A stretch of 64,000 bases of DNA. Origin: Styela clava (lineage: Eukaryota). The notes beneath the pieces were generated by a model. That model was not told the DNA's origin and ran no database searches. It worked only from the letters and a program-made list of their open reading frames with translations. The stretch spans positions 11,222,001-11,286,000 of the forward strand of contig NC_135251.1 in NCBI RefSeq assembly GCF_964204865.1, given 5' to 3'. The translations under genes and the position numbers were made by a program. Below, in pieces: positions 53,001 to 62,935 of the stretch. Position 1 is the first letter of the stretch; every line of letters starts with the position of its first letter.

Positions 53001-56000
53001 AAAAAAAATGAGAAAATAATTGGCATTGATGAGAACATCGCCGTTTTTTGTTTTTGCTATTTTCATATTATGAAGACTATCATGAATTAGATTTTGTACA
53101 TTTTCACAGTATCGTTTTTTTATCAACGTCGTTTCTTTCATTTCTATTAGTTATTAAGCAATGTAATTGTTTATGAAATAGGTCAGGGGTGGGCAACCCC
53201 TGGCACGCGTGCCAAACTTGGCACGCGAGCCCATTTATTCGGCACGCGAGCGAGGCCTAGGAAACGAGATCATTCTCTTTTAGATAAAAAGTTTTAAGAC
53301 TATCAATTATCTGATGAAAATAGGCGTTCCTTTGTTCGTTATCGATTGTTAACAATCCGGTATTTATTTGGACTCTTTTTGTCCTTTCATGACATATGGC
53401 TACAAAGCATAAATTATGACGTAACAAATGAGTGAGCTCTCTCGAAATTTTGTCGAGAAAAGCTCAGCATTCATTTGGCTACACTCTTACGTAATATAGA
53501 TCGTCTGTGCCACCCTTTTTCGTCATTTCTGCTTGATTTAAAAGTTGAACAGCCCACGTTGGTTATAGTAACTTGCTAACTTACTGTTATAAATTGATTT
53601 CGAAAAAAATATAAGCGATTGGAATGCCATTCCCGAAAATTTTCCGTGTCTTAAAAACTTTGCAACTGCATTACTCTACAATTCTACATATTTTTATGTA
53701 CATATGCTTGAGAATCTATGTTCTCAGCTATGAATTTCATTGAAACCAGTACCGGTAGTCCGTGTATTTATTTGAAAGTTAGAAAATATAAACCCAATAT
53801 AAAATATCTATCAGCGTTAATGCAGCAGCAAAGGTCTGAATGATATAGAATAAAAAAAAGTAATCAAGTCTATTTGTCGGACTGATATTTTCCTGAATAG
53901 TGAATCTGTCAGTACATGTTTAAAAGGTTTATTATTGTGTATGTTTGCTTTGAAAGTAGCAAAGGTATGTGTTTAATTTTGGTCGGCACGCGGAAGAATT
54001 TTGTCGTTAAATTTATCCACTTTTGGCAGGCGAGCCGAAAAGGTTGCCCACCCCTGAAATAGGTTATAATCTAAGAACGGAACTACACCATCATACAAAC
54101 CTTTGACAGTGACCGATATATTGGTTCTGAAATAATATTCTTCTTCATTCACACTCTCAGCTCGGAAATAATATACTATGCCAGTGCCCATAATGCCCGA
54201 TGTGTTTATAGCGAAATACAATGTTTCAATTATATTTCCGCTTGTTATAGTAGATGTTGAATTTGTTTTTAAAACTTCACCGCCAGTATTTTTCATAGTT
54301 ATTTTTGCATTGCCATCGTAAGACGTTAGATTCAAAATCACTGTAATAATGCTTCCTTGCAATGTCTCGGAAGTTCTATCCTGCGGTGTTACCGTCATCA
54401 ATTCTGAAAATTGTGATAAAATATTTATTAGTAATTGCTTTTAATAGTCACAAGAGAAATAAGTTATAAAAAGCAGTAGGTATGTTTACGACAAATTAGG
54501 GTTTCAAGGTAGTAACTTTATACGTTGTTACCTAAAAAACAATACCCACAAAATTTCTCAACTAGTTCTAAAAAATGAATTAAATAATTTAAAATATTTT
54601 CACACTTGAACTTCTGTTCATGTTTGATTGTATCCAAAAGTTTCAGGAGTCTATAGCACATTTTTCACAAAAGTTATATCCTCCCTAGAGCAGTGGTTCT
54701 CAAACGCCGGGGCGCGCCCAATTATGGCAGACAATTTTTGAGGGGTCGTGAAGCTAATCAAACATAAAAATATTTGTTAGATTTTAATATTTAAATTTTT
54801 TTATTGTTTATAAATTTCTTTATTATTATGTCCAACGCATTTTTTTGAATAATTATATTTTCACCTTTCATATGTTATTGGTAACTTATTGTTAGCTAGG
54901 TATTTTTGAGGTTGAGCGCAAGACTTGTCAAATTTTAAATAGATGGCGTGGCTTAATAAGTTTGAGAACCACTGCCATAGACTGTGCAGATGGCCTCGTT
55001 TAGAAAAATTTGCATACTGTATAATCTAATTATTTGGGGATTGCAAACCAAGTTATATACGCATAAGTATATATTCTCATTTTCGTGGAGGTAAAAAATT
55101 CTAAGTTTGTAGTATCGAATTTGCGAAGAAGACAACCTTTCAATTACCTTCGAATCTCGGCGCTGTATACATTGGGCAATATTCAGAATTTTTTTGCTAG
55201 TATTGGTGTATAGCGGAAATCGCCTATATCTATTTTCGAAGAACGCAACTCGTCGTTGTCATCTATCACGATAAAAGTTCATTTTAAGTGTCTGTCAGAC
55301 ACCGTTGTACCGATTGTATTTTCTGAAAGTAGCGCCTGACTATAGGTATTTTTAGAATAAAACTATGCAAAGAACGACGACTTTTGAATAGTCCAGTACT
55401 TTATATTACCAATAAATTAAAACTTGCTCACTTGAATGTTTGGTAAGATAATATTGAAGGTTATGAATGTAGAGGTACAACATGCTATGTGCAATACGTG
55501 TAACTAATTGTTGGATATAAACGAATCACTTTTCATATAAAACCTTATCATGATAATAATTCCCAATTATTTCATCACGAGAAGCACATTCAAAAGAGGC
55601 AATCTTGCACAATTTACCCATTACGTGTTATAGTGAATGAATCAACGAGAAATAGAGTATATTTACCACTCTCACACTTTGTTCCAAAATATCCTGGCTT
55701 GCAATTGCAACTGTATCTGTCTTTCTCGGTTGCTATAATGCAGTTCCCATGATTGGAGCAGATTTCGTTAGTGCATGTTTTATTAATGAAGGTCATATCT
55801 AAATAGTCCAATATCACTATTAAATTGCGTGAATAACACAATATTTATAATATTGGATGAGTTGAATTAAAATTCTAAAGCATTTTTAAAAATTAACACC
55901 GTTCTTCTTTGTTCTAATTTTTGTGAGTAGCTTTATTTTGGTTGGTACTTCTGTCCTTCAGACTGCCAATTAAGTTATTTATAAGTGTCGCATCATATAG

Positions 56001-57399
56001 TGTATTTGATATACGTCAAATATTTGAAACTTTTAGCCCAGACTTGATTTAGAAATGGAAATTGAACTTTAATATTACAAAATACAATTCAACCTGACTG
56101 GCAAACGTATTTATATCCAGGTTCGCAATCGTGATTGCGCCACAATCCTGTTGAAGCAAACTGACGAACACACTGGTTTTTGTTGATTTTTTTGTATTGT
56201 ATTGGACTTGTACTATCCCTGCAAAAGTTGTGAATTGTAGAGATTTATTTGAAATGAAATGTTATTACCCATAAGATACAAAGAATCCCGTAGTAAGGTT
56301 CAAATGGGCATAATCAATAGAAAATCCCCAGTCATGTTCATCAGTCTGAAGTAATTGCTCAATTAACTTAATGTATAACGATTTCTGCACAATTTTATAT
56401 TAATGAAGCTCAGTGACGCAAATGATGCAATATGGTTAGCCGACGTTAATCATAATATAGTTATTTTTTGGTACTTCTGAAGTATGCGCACCAAGATGTC
56501 GCACAACCTGAACCCTAACCTGGTACATAACCTGAGTTCAGGTTGTGTGCCATCTTGGTGCGCATTTTTCAGGAGGTCCTATTTTTCTTTCTGTGGTGGA
56601 TAAGCAAGTCGTGCTAACATTGATAGATAAACATTCGGTCGAAGTTATTGCCTGTTAGTTTCTGTGAAATATCACCGTAAACGATAAGGGAAACATCGAT
56701 GGTGGTAATTAATTGGACTTTGCTCACCACATAGTAAATGCGCGACTTCAATATATTTTTTCCTTCACTTGAGCTATTAAGCGATTGCTAACACACTTGC
56801 GATATATGTGATATCAATAAATACTTATTCGTACCATTTGGAAAATCTCAATTCACCCTCTTCATTCCAAAGCCATTTATTATTCGGTAGATAGTTCAAT
56901 CCAATCCAGATATTCTCTCTGAAAAATTGTGAAATTTCTTTCAAAATACATATTTAATAGTAAATATGCCCAATGTAATTATACCTGCTGTTGTGTGAAG
57001 ATTGATCTTAAAATTGTTCATCGGAAATTTACGAAATTGCTTATTCTCGGAAATATTCTCTATATTAAATACCTGGTGAGATTTCTTACGGCTTCGTATG
57101 TTTCACGATCCTTAATTTCAACCAGCCAGCTGTGTCTATCGGTACAAACTTTTTTGGCTGCATACCATTTCTTCCCTTGATCAAATAGTTCAAGTTTGTA
57201 TGTTCGGAAAGTAGCTGTTTCTGAGAATATTTCAGGACCGGTTGGTTAGTTTTTATTTTCCACATCACATACAAATAGTCAATTTTATCTTTTTATAATA
57301 AAACAACAATATATTTATAAACTCACGTTTTGGACTTTCTGATTGAATAGCTGAAAATAATGAACTTATCAGGATAAATATCCATATTGCGTTCTTCAT
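31921..57399 (-). CDS. Receptor-type protein tyrosine phosphatase with C-type lectin/EGF/Ig/FN3 ectodomain and tandem PTP domains (41 exons, about 2096 aa)
   Basis: Hand-spliced GT-AG exons, all phase-compatible, in transcript order: 57399-57327 (signal MKNAIWIFILISSLFSAIQS), 57220-57073, 56918-56835, 56218-56094 (CTLD1), 55798-55667 (EGF), 54403-54101 (divergent Ig-like), 52991-52695 (Ig), 52554-52444 (EGF), 52137-51721 (CTLD2), 51263-51147 (EGF), 50869-50579 (divergent Ig-like), 50353-50063 (Ig), 49710-49402 (Ig), 48977-48798, 48457-48370, 48296-48136 (CTLD3), 48061-47959, 47697-47568, 47095-46922, 46774-46564, 46451-46355, 45740-45594, 45352-45173, 44989-44883 (FN3 repeats and stalk with RVKR), 44555-44471 (TM), 43525-43461, 43307-43174, 42859-42763, 42171-42104, 41754-41620, 40965-40834, 40689-40541, 40367-40232, 40011-39917 (D1), 39660-39530, 39079-39003, 38754-38623, 38317-38180, 33553-33417, 32812-32677, 32088-31921 (D2 and stop). 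Sum is 6291 nt with no internal stop. Confidence 0.92.
34059..35331 (+). mobile_element. Internally deleted hAT element (Tip100/ZMYM1-like) with a transposase N-terminal zinc-finger remnant and an internal tandem duplication
   Basis: TIRs CATAGGCGTAGCC/GGCTACGCCACTG and perfect 8-bp TSD ATTAGGGT. Frameshifted ORFs read KFLKKW..WLVY..GLCKIC..AFVTRPCIDYKK..AHLDTNYH, typical of a TTF-type zinc finger. About 236 bp is duplicated in tandem (about 34532-34762 and 34768-34999). Confidence 0.85.
35590..36845. repeat. Degenerate tandem repeat (about 150-170 bp unit, roughly 8 units) in the long D2 intron
   Basis: Recurring ordered motifs AGTACCAC / CGACGATA(A/G)G.A.TA / AATCTCAAG / GCGGCCAC / TACTTT..AATATGACA at about 35612, 35781, 35891, 36032, 36244, 36393, 36561, 36723 and 36784. 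Confidence 0.75.
38009..38038. repeat. (TA)n microsatellite
   Basis: About 15 TA units. Confidence 0.9.
39917..42859 (-). other. PTP domain D1 of the receptor phosphatase, predicted catalytically active
   Basis: All classical motifs are present across exons: KNRYKNILP, DTSRVIL, YINASYI, FIASQGP, DFWRMV, IVMLT, KCEKYWP, WPDHGVP, ICHCSAGAGRTG, FVQTCDQY. Confidence 0.93.
42323..42525 (+). mobile_element. 203-bp MITE, family A
   Basis: Near-identical to 1372-1574; perfect 9-bp TSD GAGTCAGTT. Confidence 0.92.
43666..43844. mobile_element. Short hAT MITE
   Basis: TIRs CAGT(A/G)GTGGGATTCA, perfect 8-bp TSD GTTGTATG, internal GAACCGG repeats; 179 bp. Confidence 0.9.
44471..44555 (-). other. Transmembrane exon of the receptor phosphatase
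   Basis: GNSYVAAIVVAIIAVICLAAIVGILF followed by basic KKKR across the next junction; tag acceptor and gtatgt donor. Confidence 0.9.
46009..46244. mobile_element. MITE family B (GG..CC ends, 8-bp TSD, GGTTAGGGTTAGG subterminal motif; Merlin-like by termini)
   Basis: Long imperfect TIRs GGTGCTCCCGAAGTATGCGAACCAAGATGGCGGAC and perfect TSD TAAATAAC. A sister copy at 24790-25025 has TSD AAAAAAGA. Confidence 0.88.
53184..54056 (+). mobile_element. Non-autonomous hAT (Charlie/Buster-like) element with a decayed C-terminal dimerisation-domain remnant
   Basis: TIRs CAGGGGTGGGCAACC, perfect 8-bp TSD AAATAGGT, GGCACGCG subterminal repeats. A degenerate WNAIPENFPCLKNFA..ESMFSAMNF remnant lies near 53620-53745. 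Confidence 0.9.
54691..54974. mobile_element. Older hAT-Charlie MITE
   Basis: TIRs CAGTGGTTCTCAAAC; degenerate TSD CCCTAGAG/CCATAGAC. A related decayed copy lies near 18682-18956. Confidence 0.8.
56470..56579. mobile_element. About 110-bp fold-back MITE related to family B
   Basis: Palindromic arms around AACCCTAACCTGGTACA; TSD TATTTTTT/TATTTTTC. Confidence 0.8.
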
Positions 57400-60300
57400 A
57401 GCATTTATGCTTTTCTCAAGAACAATCTATTTTTTATGCCTAACTTCCCCAGTAGAAGAGAACGATAAAGTATAATTACTTTAGTTTCTTATAATTACAA
57501 TTACTAGCTATTTATGCACTAGATGAAAAACCGTTTGAATAAATTAAAACTTGGTACACATGATTTTCTTTATGTTGCAAATTCGGGTGTAGAAAGTAAA
57601 AACCCCAGTCGGTTCGAAGCTTATGTTTTAAAGCATAAACTTTGAAAAAGGTTGTGGCTGAGAAAAAAGTTGCAACGCACTGCTTCGATTATTTTTTTTT
57701 AAATCTTAGGTACCTGTTAGCATCATGGCTATTTTTTGCTTAGTGTTATTTTGATTTTCATTTTGTAATAATATTAATGCATTGTGTTTACTGCGTGCAA
57801 TTTTTTACAAGTCCGTTTATTCCCCACTTTGAATCCACCAATTCCCCACAAGTATGGGTCGATAGGGGAACTTACCCACCGGTTGGTTAGAAACCACTGT
57901 CCTAACGCTATAAATAAAATAATCTCCAAATTATCAAACTCAAAACGTCATGCTTCTATCTACTGCACTGCTGAAATTTAATGACGCTCAATCTGCCGCC
58001 CTATGAACTTATGAACAGAAAAGCCAGGATGTCGTATAATATTTCATACTTCCCAAATGCTCAAATATATATACAGTCTCATTATGATTTCCATCATTGA
58101 CACCACGTACAGGAAGTTTTATGTTATGCTATCATTACGGTTTGCGGTAGAATAAAATGAGGAATCACATAATCCACGTATAGTAAACCTACCTACTTCA
58201 TTGCGTTGCATTAAAAATTGTTAACCACGGGAAATTTCCAACTCTCAAGAAGCCCTAAATGGGTGGGTCAACACGGTTCTGATGATGATTATTCGAACAG
58301 TTGATTGATTGACATGTGAAAAAAGTATATAGATCGGGCGCCGTATATTTAAACACCATTTCAGTCATACGTTTTGTGAAAATGCACCAATGCTAATTGA
58401 ACTTGCCTAATTTATGATTTGCATGAATATGCGGTTGCATGCTGCGAGCAAAAATTATACCAGCTAAATTATAATATGAATTCAAAATTTAAAATGCAGT
58501 ACCGTACATTATCTTCAGTTACCAAGTTTTTTGCTTAGAATTCAGTGTTGCCGCAACCGGTGCTGAATTGGCATTGTCTGTTTTTTGTTATTTGTTTTTG
58601 CCAGCGTAAGAGCTGCAATGGCAAAATTTTTATGCCCAATTTAGCGTGTTCTTTTTATTCTTGAAATTGATCGTGACTGAGAAGTATGTGATCGAATGTG
58701 GTAGGTTGTGCGGTATTTTTCATATTGCGATCCGTCGCCAAAATGTTTTGTTGATTATCATACCGCGAACAAAACAGACATGGTCGGAATAATGCCCACA
58801 GTCCAAAACTGGTCACGCCTGATGTTGCCATAACTTCCTGCTTTTGAGCAAGTGTATATCCACGATTGCTGCTATTTGTTGTTTGGTCCATATTTGACTC
58901 GTTTATAGAGTTCACACATGGTCAAATTTTATGATGATCAGTAATGGATTAGTGAGGGCTAAGAAACAACATTTTCTAGTTCACTGTCTTGACTTTTTAC
59001 TACACAAAAAATCCGTATGGGCGCATTTAATACAACTCATTACTGTTGAGCAGGGCCGTTATTCGTTTCGACAAGCCGAATTATAATTTGCGAACCGGGG
59101 TTGGTTACTTTGTCAAGCAACATTGTTAAAATATTCTCAAATTGTCCTGTTTCCCTTGTCATAAAAAAATCATAAGGTGAGAGCTGCGGGAGGTATTAGA
59201 CCTGGATGAGCTTCAACGTGACTGCTGCATAAAAACATTCAAATATATGGAACTTAAAAGCCTTTGGTGGAATGATGCCAATGGTCCAAAAAATATCAGT
59301 GTTGTCTTGATTCTCATACATTTTATTTGTGAACAGACTCTCGGTACATGACGAGTTTTAAAAAATCTAATCACGTATCCATTCAACGTCTAATCGACCT
59401 ATACTTATTTCCAATAAAATTTTGACAATTAACACCAGATGTTGAGCTTCAATCAAAACATAGTCGTATTTTTGTGATTGTATGCGGTCTTTGTCATTCC
59501 CAATTTTTTAAGTACACCGCCGTTAGGAGTACTTACTATGAAAATCGCTGCAAACTGTACGCTGTTACTAAATACTGATTACGGACATGCATCTGAATTT
59601 GCAAACTCGGCCGAAAGTAATATTGAAAAATTACTCAGTTTTAAATGCGTGAGTCAGATATGTGTTGTTTCATATAGCAAGAAAGGTCGAATTTTGTATT
59701 AAAGCCAGGTTTATGTTATGGAACTCTTTACCCATGAGAGCTAGGTTTACATTGGTTTCAATTCAACATGTATATTTATTGCTCTTCAGAAGCATTTTGC
59801 TTAAAGTTTTAGGCAAGGCTGAGACTAAGACTATATATAAGGCCTGTGCCGATTTTCTACTTTTTGCTTGTGCTTTTGCACAAAAAAGCTGGGAGATAGT
59901 TGCGATTAGGTAATTTCAAATCATCGTGATATGAAATAAAGAATTAATGCCTGAATATATGAACACGCAAGTCGCGCGAAGGTACCAAAACAGTAAGGTT
60001 TTAGCTGTCGGTCCAGCAGGGAAACGAGTTTGCCGCAAAGATTGGCGGACAAGCTCAATGAGGCGGACTAGTTAAAAAGAATAAAAGCGTTTCCAAATTC
60101 CATAAAAATGTGGTCGCAAGTATAACAAAATAAATCAGCTTAATACTGACTTTGCACATCTCATGGGTACTCCCGTAGTATGTGTCCATAAGTTGCAGTC
60201 CCTTCACACAACTTGATGTAAAGTGGGCAAACAAAATAAGTTACCTCCATATTGGCACACATACTGCTGGCTGGAGCGCCGTGTCATGGTAAATTTAGGA

Positions 60301-61024
60301 AAAAATTTCATTCAGGCTAGAGACGTTTGAACCCATTTATAATAGAACAAATCGTTACACGAACATTGCACTTCATTGTCGTGCACATATTGTGTATTGT
60401 CCTTAAACTTAAACCAGTTATAAAATGGAAGCCCAATATTTTCGCTACGGAGGAGGCCATTTAAATTGCGATTTGTTGTAACCTCATACCTAATCGTACG
60501 CATCACTTTGAAACAAGTACACGCAGATTTATTGATTGTGTAATACTAAATCTCTAGATAGGTACACTTTTTAAAGCAACAATATGTTTTAACAACAAAT
60601 ACTATAGGAAACTACAAATACATAATGAACGAAGTATTTCAAACCATGAAGATTAAAATGATGAGAATCGTAATATTTTTACCAAAGGGCTGAGACAGTT
60701 TGTAAAATACACCACTATAACATATCATATAAACTGCATACACGTATTAAAAAGCAGGAATATTTTCCTCTAGAGAAATTACTGGCTTGGATTGGTAAAT
60801 CATTGCCAATACTAAATTATCCTTCCATGTATAGGTTTAATCAACTTGTTAAAATAAAAATGCAAATTAGTTTATAAAGTTTGTAAAATGCAATGAATAA
60901 TCCTATATGACCGAATCAAGTAACAGTCCGAGTTTTTTTTGCAATTGAACACACCCACATGTGATAGATACCTATATTGAACAAAATTGTTTCATTTCAC
61001 CTTAGCAACTAATATAGATGATAT

Positions 61025-61212
61025 GGTTCCATTACATTTGAACCCACGTACATTTGAACCCACGACGATTGCACCTGCACACTATTGCACCTATGAAAAT
61101 TTTTTGTTGTTTTACGGATATTTGAACCCATACTAACCCTAACCCATGGGTTTTGCACCCGCATAAAGATTGAACCCGCGAATATACACATGGGTTCAAA
61201 TGTACGGTCACC
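61025..61212 (-). mobile_element. MITE family A, inverted and diverged copy
   Basis: Reverse-complement similarity to 42323-42525; TSD degenerate (AGATGATAT/GAATGGTAT). Confidence 0.85.
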
Positions 61213-61314
61213 GAATGGTATATATCAGGGGTGGGCAAAATGTTTCAGTATAAGAGCCGCATGCAGCAAGTCAGAAATATGCGAGAGTCGCATAATTTTT
61301 GGAATTATTCACAC

Positions 61315-62536
61315 CAGGGGTGGCCAACCTATGGCGCATGCGCCAAACGTGGCGCATTGCATGATTAGAGGTGGCGCATTGCATCTTTAACCCTTTTCAT
61401 GCCAAAATTGTTAATTGCACTTGGCTTCTCCACGCCAAGCCGTTTTTTTGCGATTCACATGGTGACTTTTGATTGTACCTAAAATCTATTCCTTACTCCA
61501 CGTCGCCCACTTACGGCTTGTTGGAATTAGAAACAACAGGCGATTATCGACGTTAGCTTTTGGACGGACTTTATGAAATTCATTCTAGACTTTTCGCAAA
61601 AATTAGTAAAATTTACTATTTTATCCCTACTTAAGTAAAAAGTTCAGAACTTCTGGAAAAATAGAAAATCGTCATTTATCAGCTTGAAACACAGCTTATC
61701 AGCTTGAAACACAGCTTTCCATTGCTCAGACGTCCCAAATATCTCCCAATAACCATTTAACAACCAGTTGAATTGCCCAATTGGAAAAAGAGGATTTGTC
61801 CCAATTTCCTCACATAAAAGAACACCGTGAATGTGCTGCTGGTAATGGCAATTTGGCAATATACACAGAAAAAATCAAGTTATTGCAAGAGTCATTTGAA
61901 AGTCGTTTTCATGATATTTCAAAAGAAGAAGACTCTATACTTGCTTTTATAAATCCATTTTCACTTAGTGAACTAATCATAATGAAGATGCCAAGCAATG
62001 TACAATTGGAAATGATTGACTTGAAAACTCATCCATCATTGAAAATTAAATTTGATGAGCTTTCTTCAGTCCCAAGTGCAGCTGACATGATCAAGTTCTG
62101 GCAATCGTTACCCCGTGAAAATTTTCCAGAACTGGGAAAATTTGCCCAGGGTTTTATATATCTGCCATGAAACTAATTAAAAGCAAAGCGAGGTCAAGAC
62201 TTACAGATTTAAATTTGAAGAATGCACTGCTCCTCTCAGTAACAAACTTAACTCCAAGAATAAAAAAGTAAAACAGCAGCAAAAGTCTCATAAAGGCGGT
62301 ATTAAAATAAAATTGATCAGTTTTATTTATTATACTTCCTTGCTTAATTTCTATTCATGTGAAGTTGTAAATTGTAAAAACTACATATACGTGTGTATAT
62401 ATGTGTGTGTATTATAAATTTTCATAATTTCAACAAGAAGCGGACATTAGGCGTGAGAATTCAAGAGATTTACGGCGCATCTGAAACATTATGTTTAAAA
62501 CGTGGCGCATGGTATGTGAAAGGTTGGCCACCTCTG
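61315..62536 (+). mobile_element. hAT (Buster/GTF2IRD2-like) deletion derivative with a transposase C-terminal fragment
   Basis: TIRs CAG(G/A)GGTGGCCAACCT; TSD ATTCACAC/ATTTACAC. ORF 61781-62170 reads LQESFESRFHDI..FINPF..QLEMIDLK..KFWQSLPRENFPEL, followed by a frameshifted RSRLTD..L remnant. Confidence 0.88.
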
Positions 62537-62724
62537 ATTTACACGAATCATTTTGCATTGTAACTGTAAAATTGAGACTAATTTGGGAGATGCGCCTTTG
62601 TGTAGTGCGACGCGAAACCGTCGTTTGGACTATTACGTGTTGTTGGAATCCAAAACTGCGACAATATCGGCAATATTTTTTTCTTAAAATCACAGTCAGA
62701 GTATGGGTGTTTAGCACGAGTTAA

Positions 62725-62935
62725 TTCTGTAAATATGTGCGAGAGGGTTGCTGGACTCCCTGCCGCCGTAGGGTGGTTCAAGTAATCGTTGGTCGGTTAC
62801 CACTTCCTTCACCATAAAGTCCATGCATCTGAAATAAATAACTGGCTAACTAATCAATCCCATTGACTGGTAAGCCGACGAGAGTCCGTGGTTCGTCATA
62901 TGAATAAGCCGTCAAATCAGCTGTGAATCCTATCT
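62725..62935 (+). mobile_element. SINE-like family copy
   Basis: Collinear similarity to 3860-4045 and 22360-22500. Confidence 0.55.

Noticed and set aside
55148-55322. Exon-like segment on the - strand between EGF1 and the first Ig-like exon, with good splice sites
   Set aside because: It is 175 nt (frame-breaking) with an in-frame TGA, and the gene splices in phase without it. At most a decayed exon.
57327-57350. Apparent 24-nt microexon implying an RPTP start further upstream
   Set aside because: The frame extends without a stop to ATG 57399 and encodes a clean signal peptide, so this is the first coding exon.
61781-62170. GTF2IRD2/EPM2AIP1-like ORF as a domesticated host gene
   Set aside because: Truncated, frameshifted and enclosed by TIRs with a TSD, so a transposon remnant.
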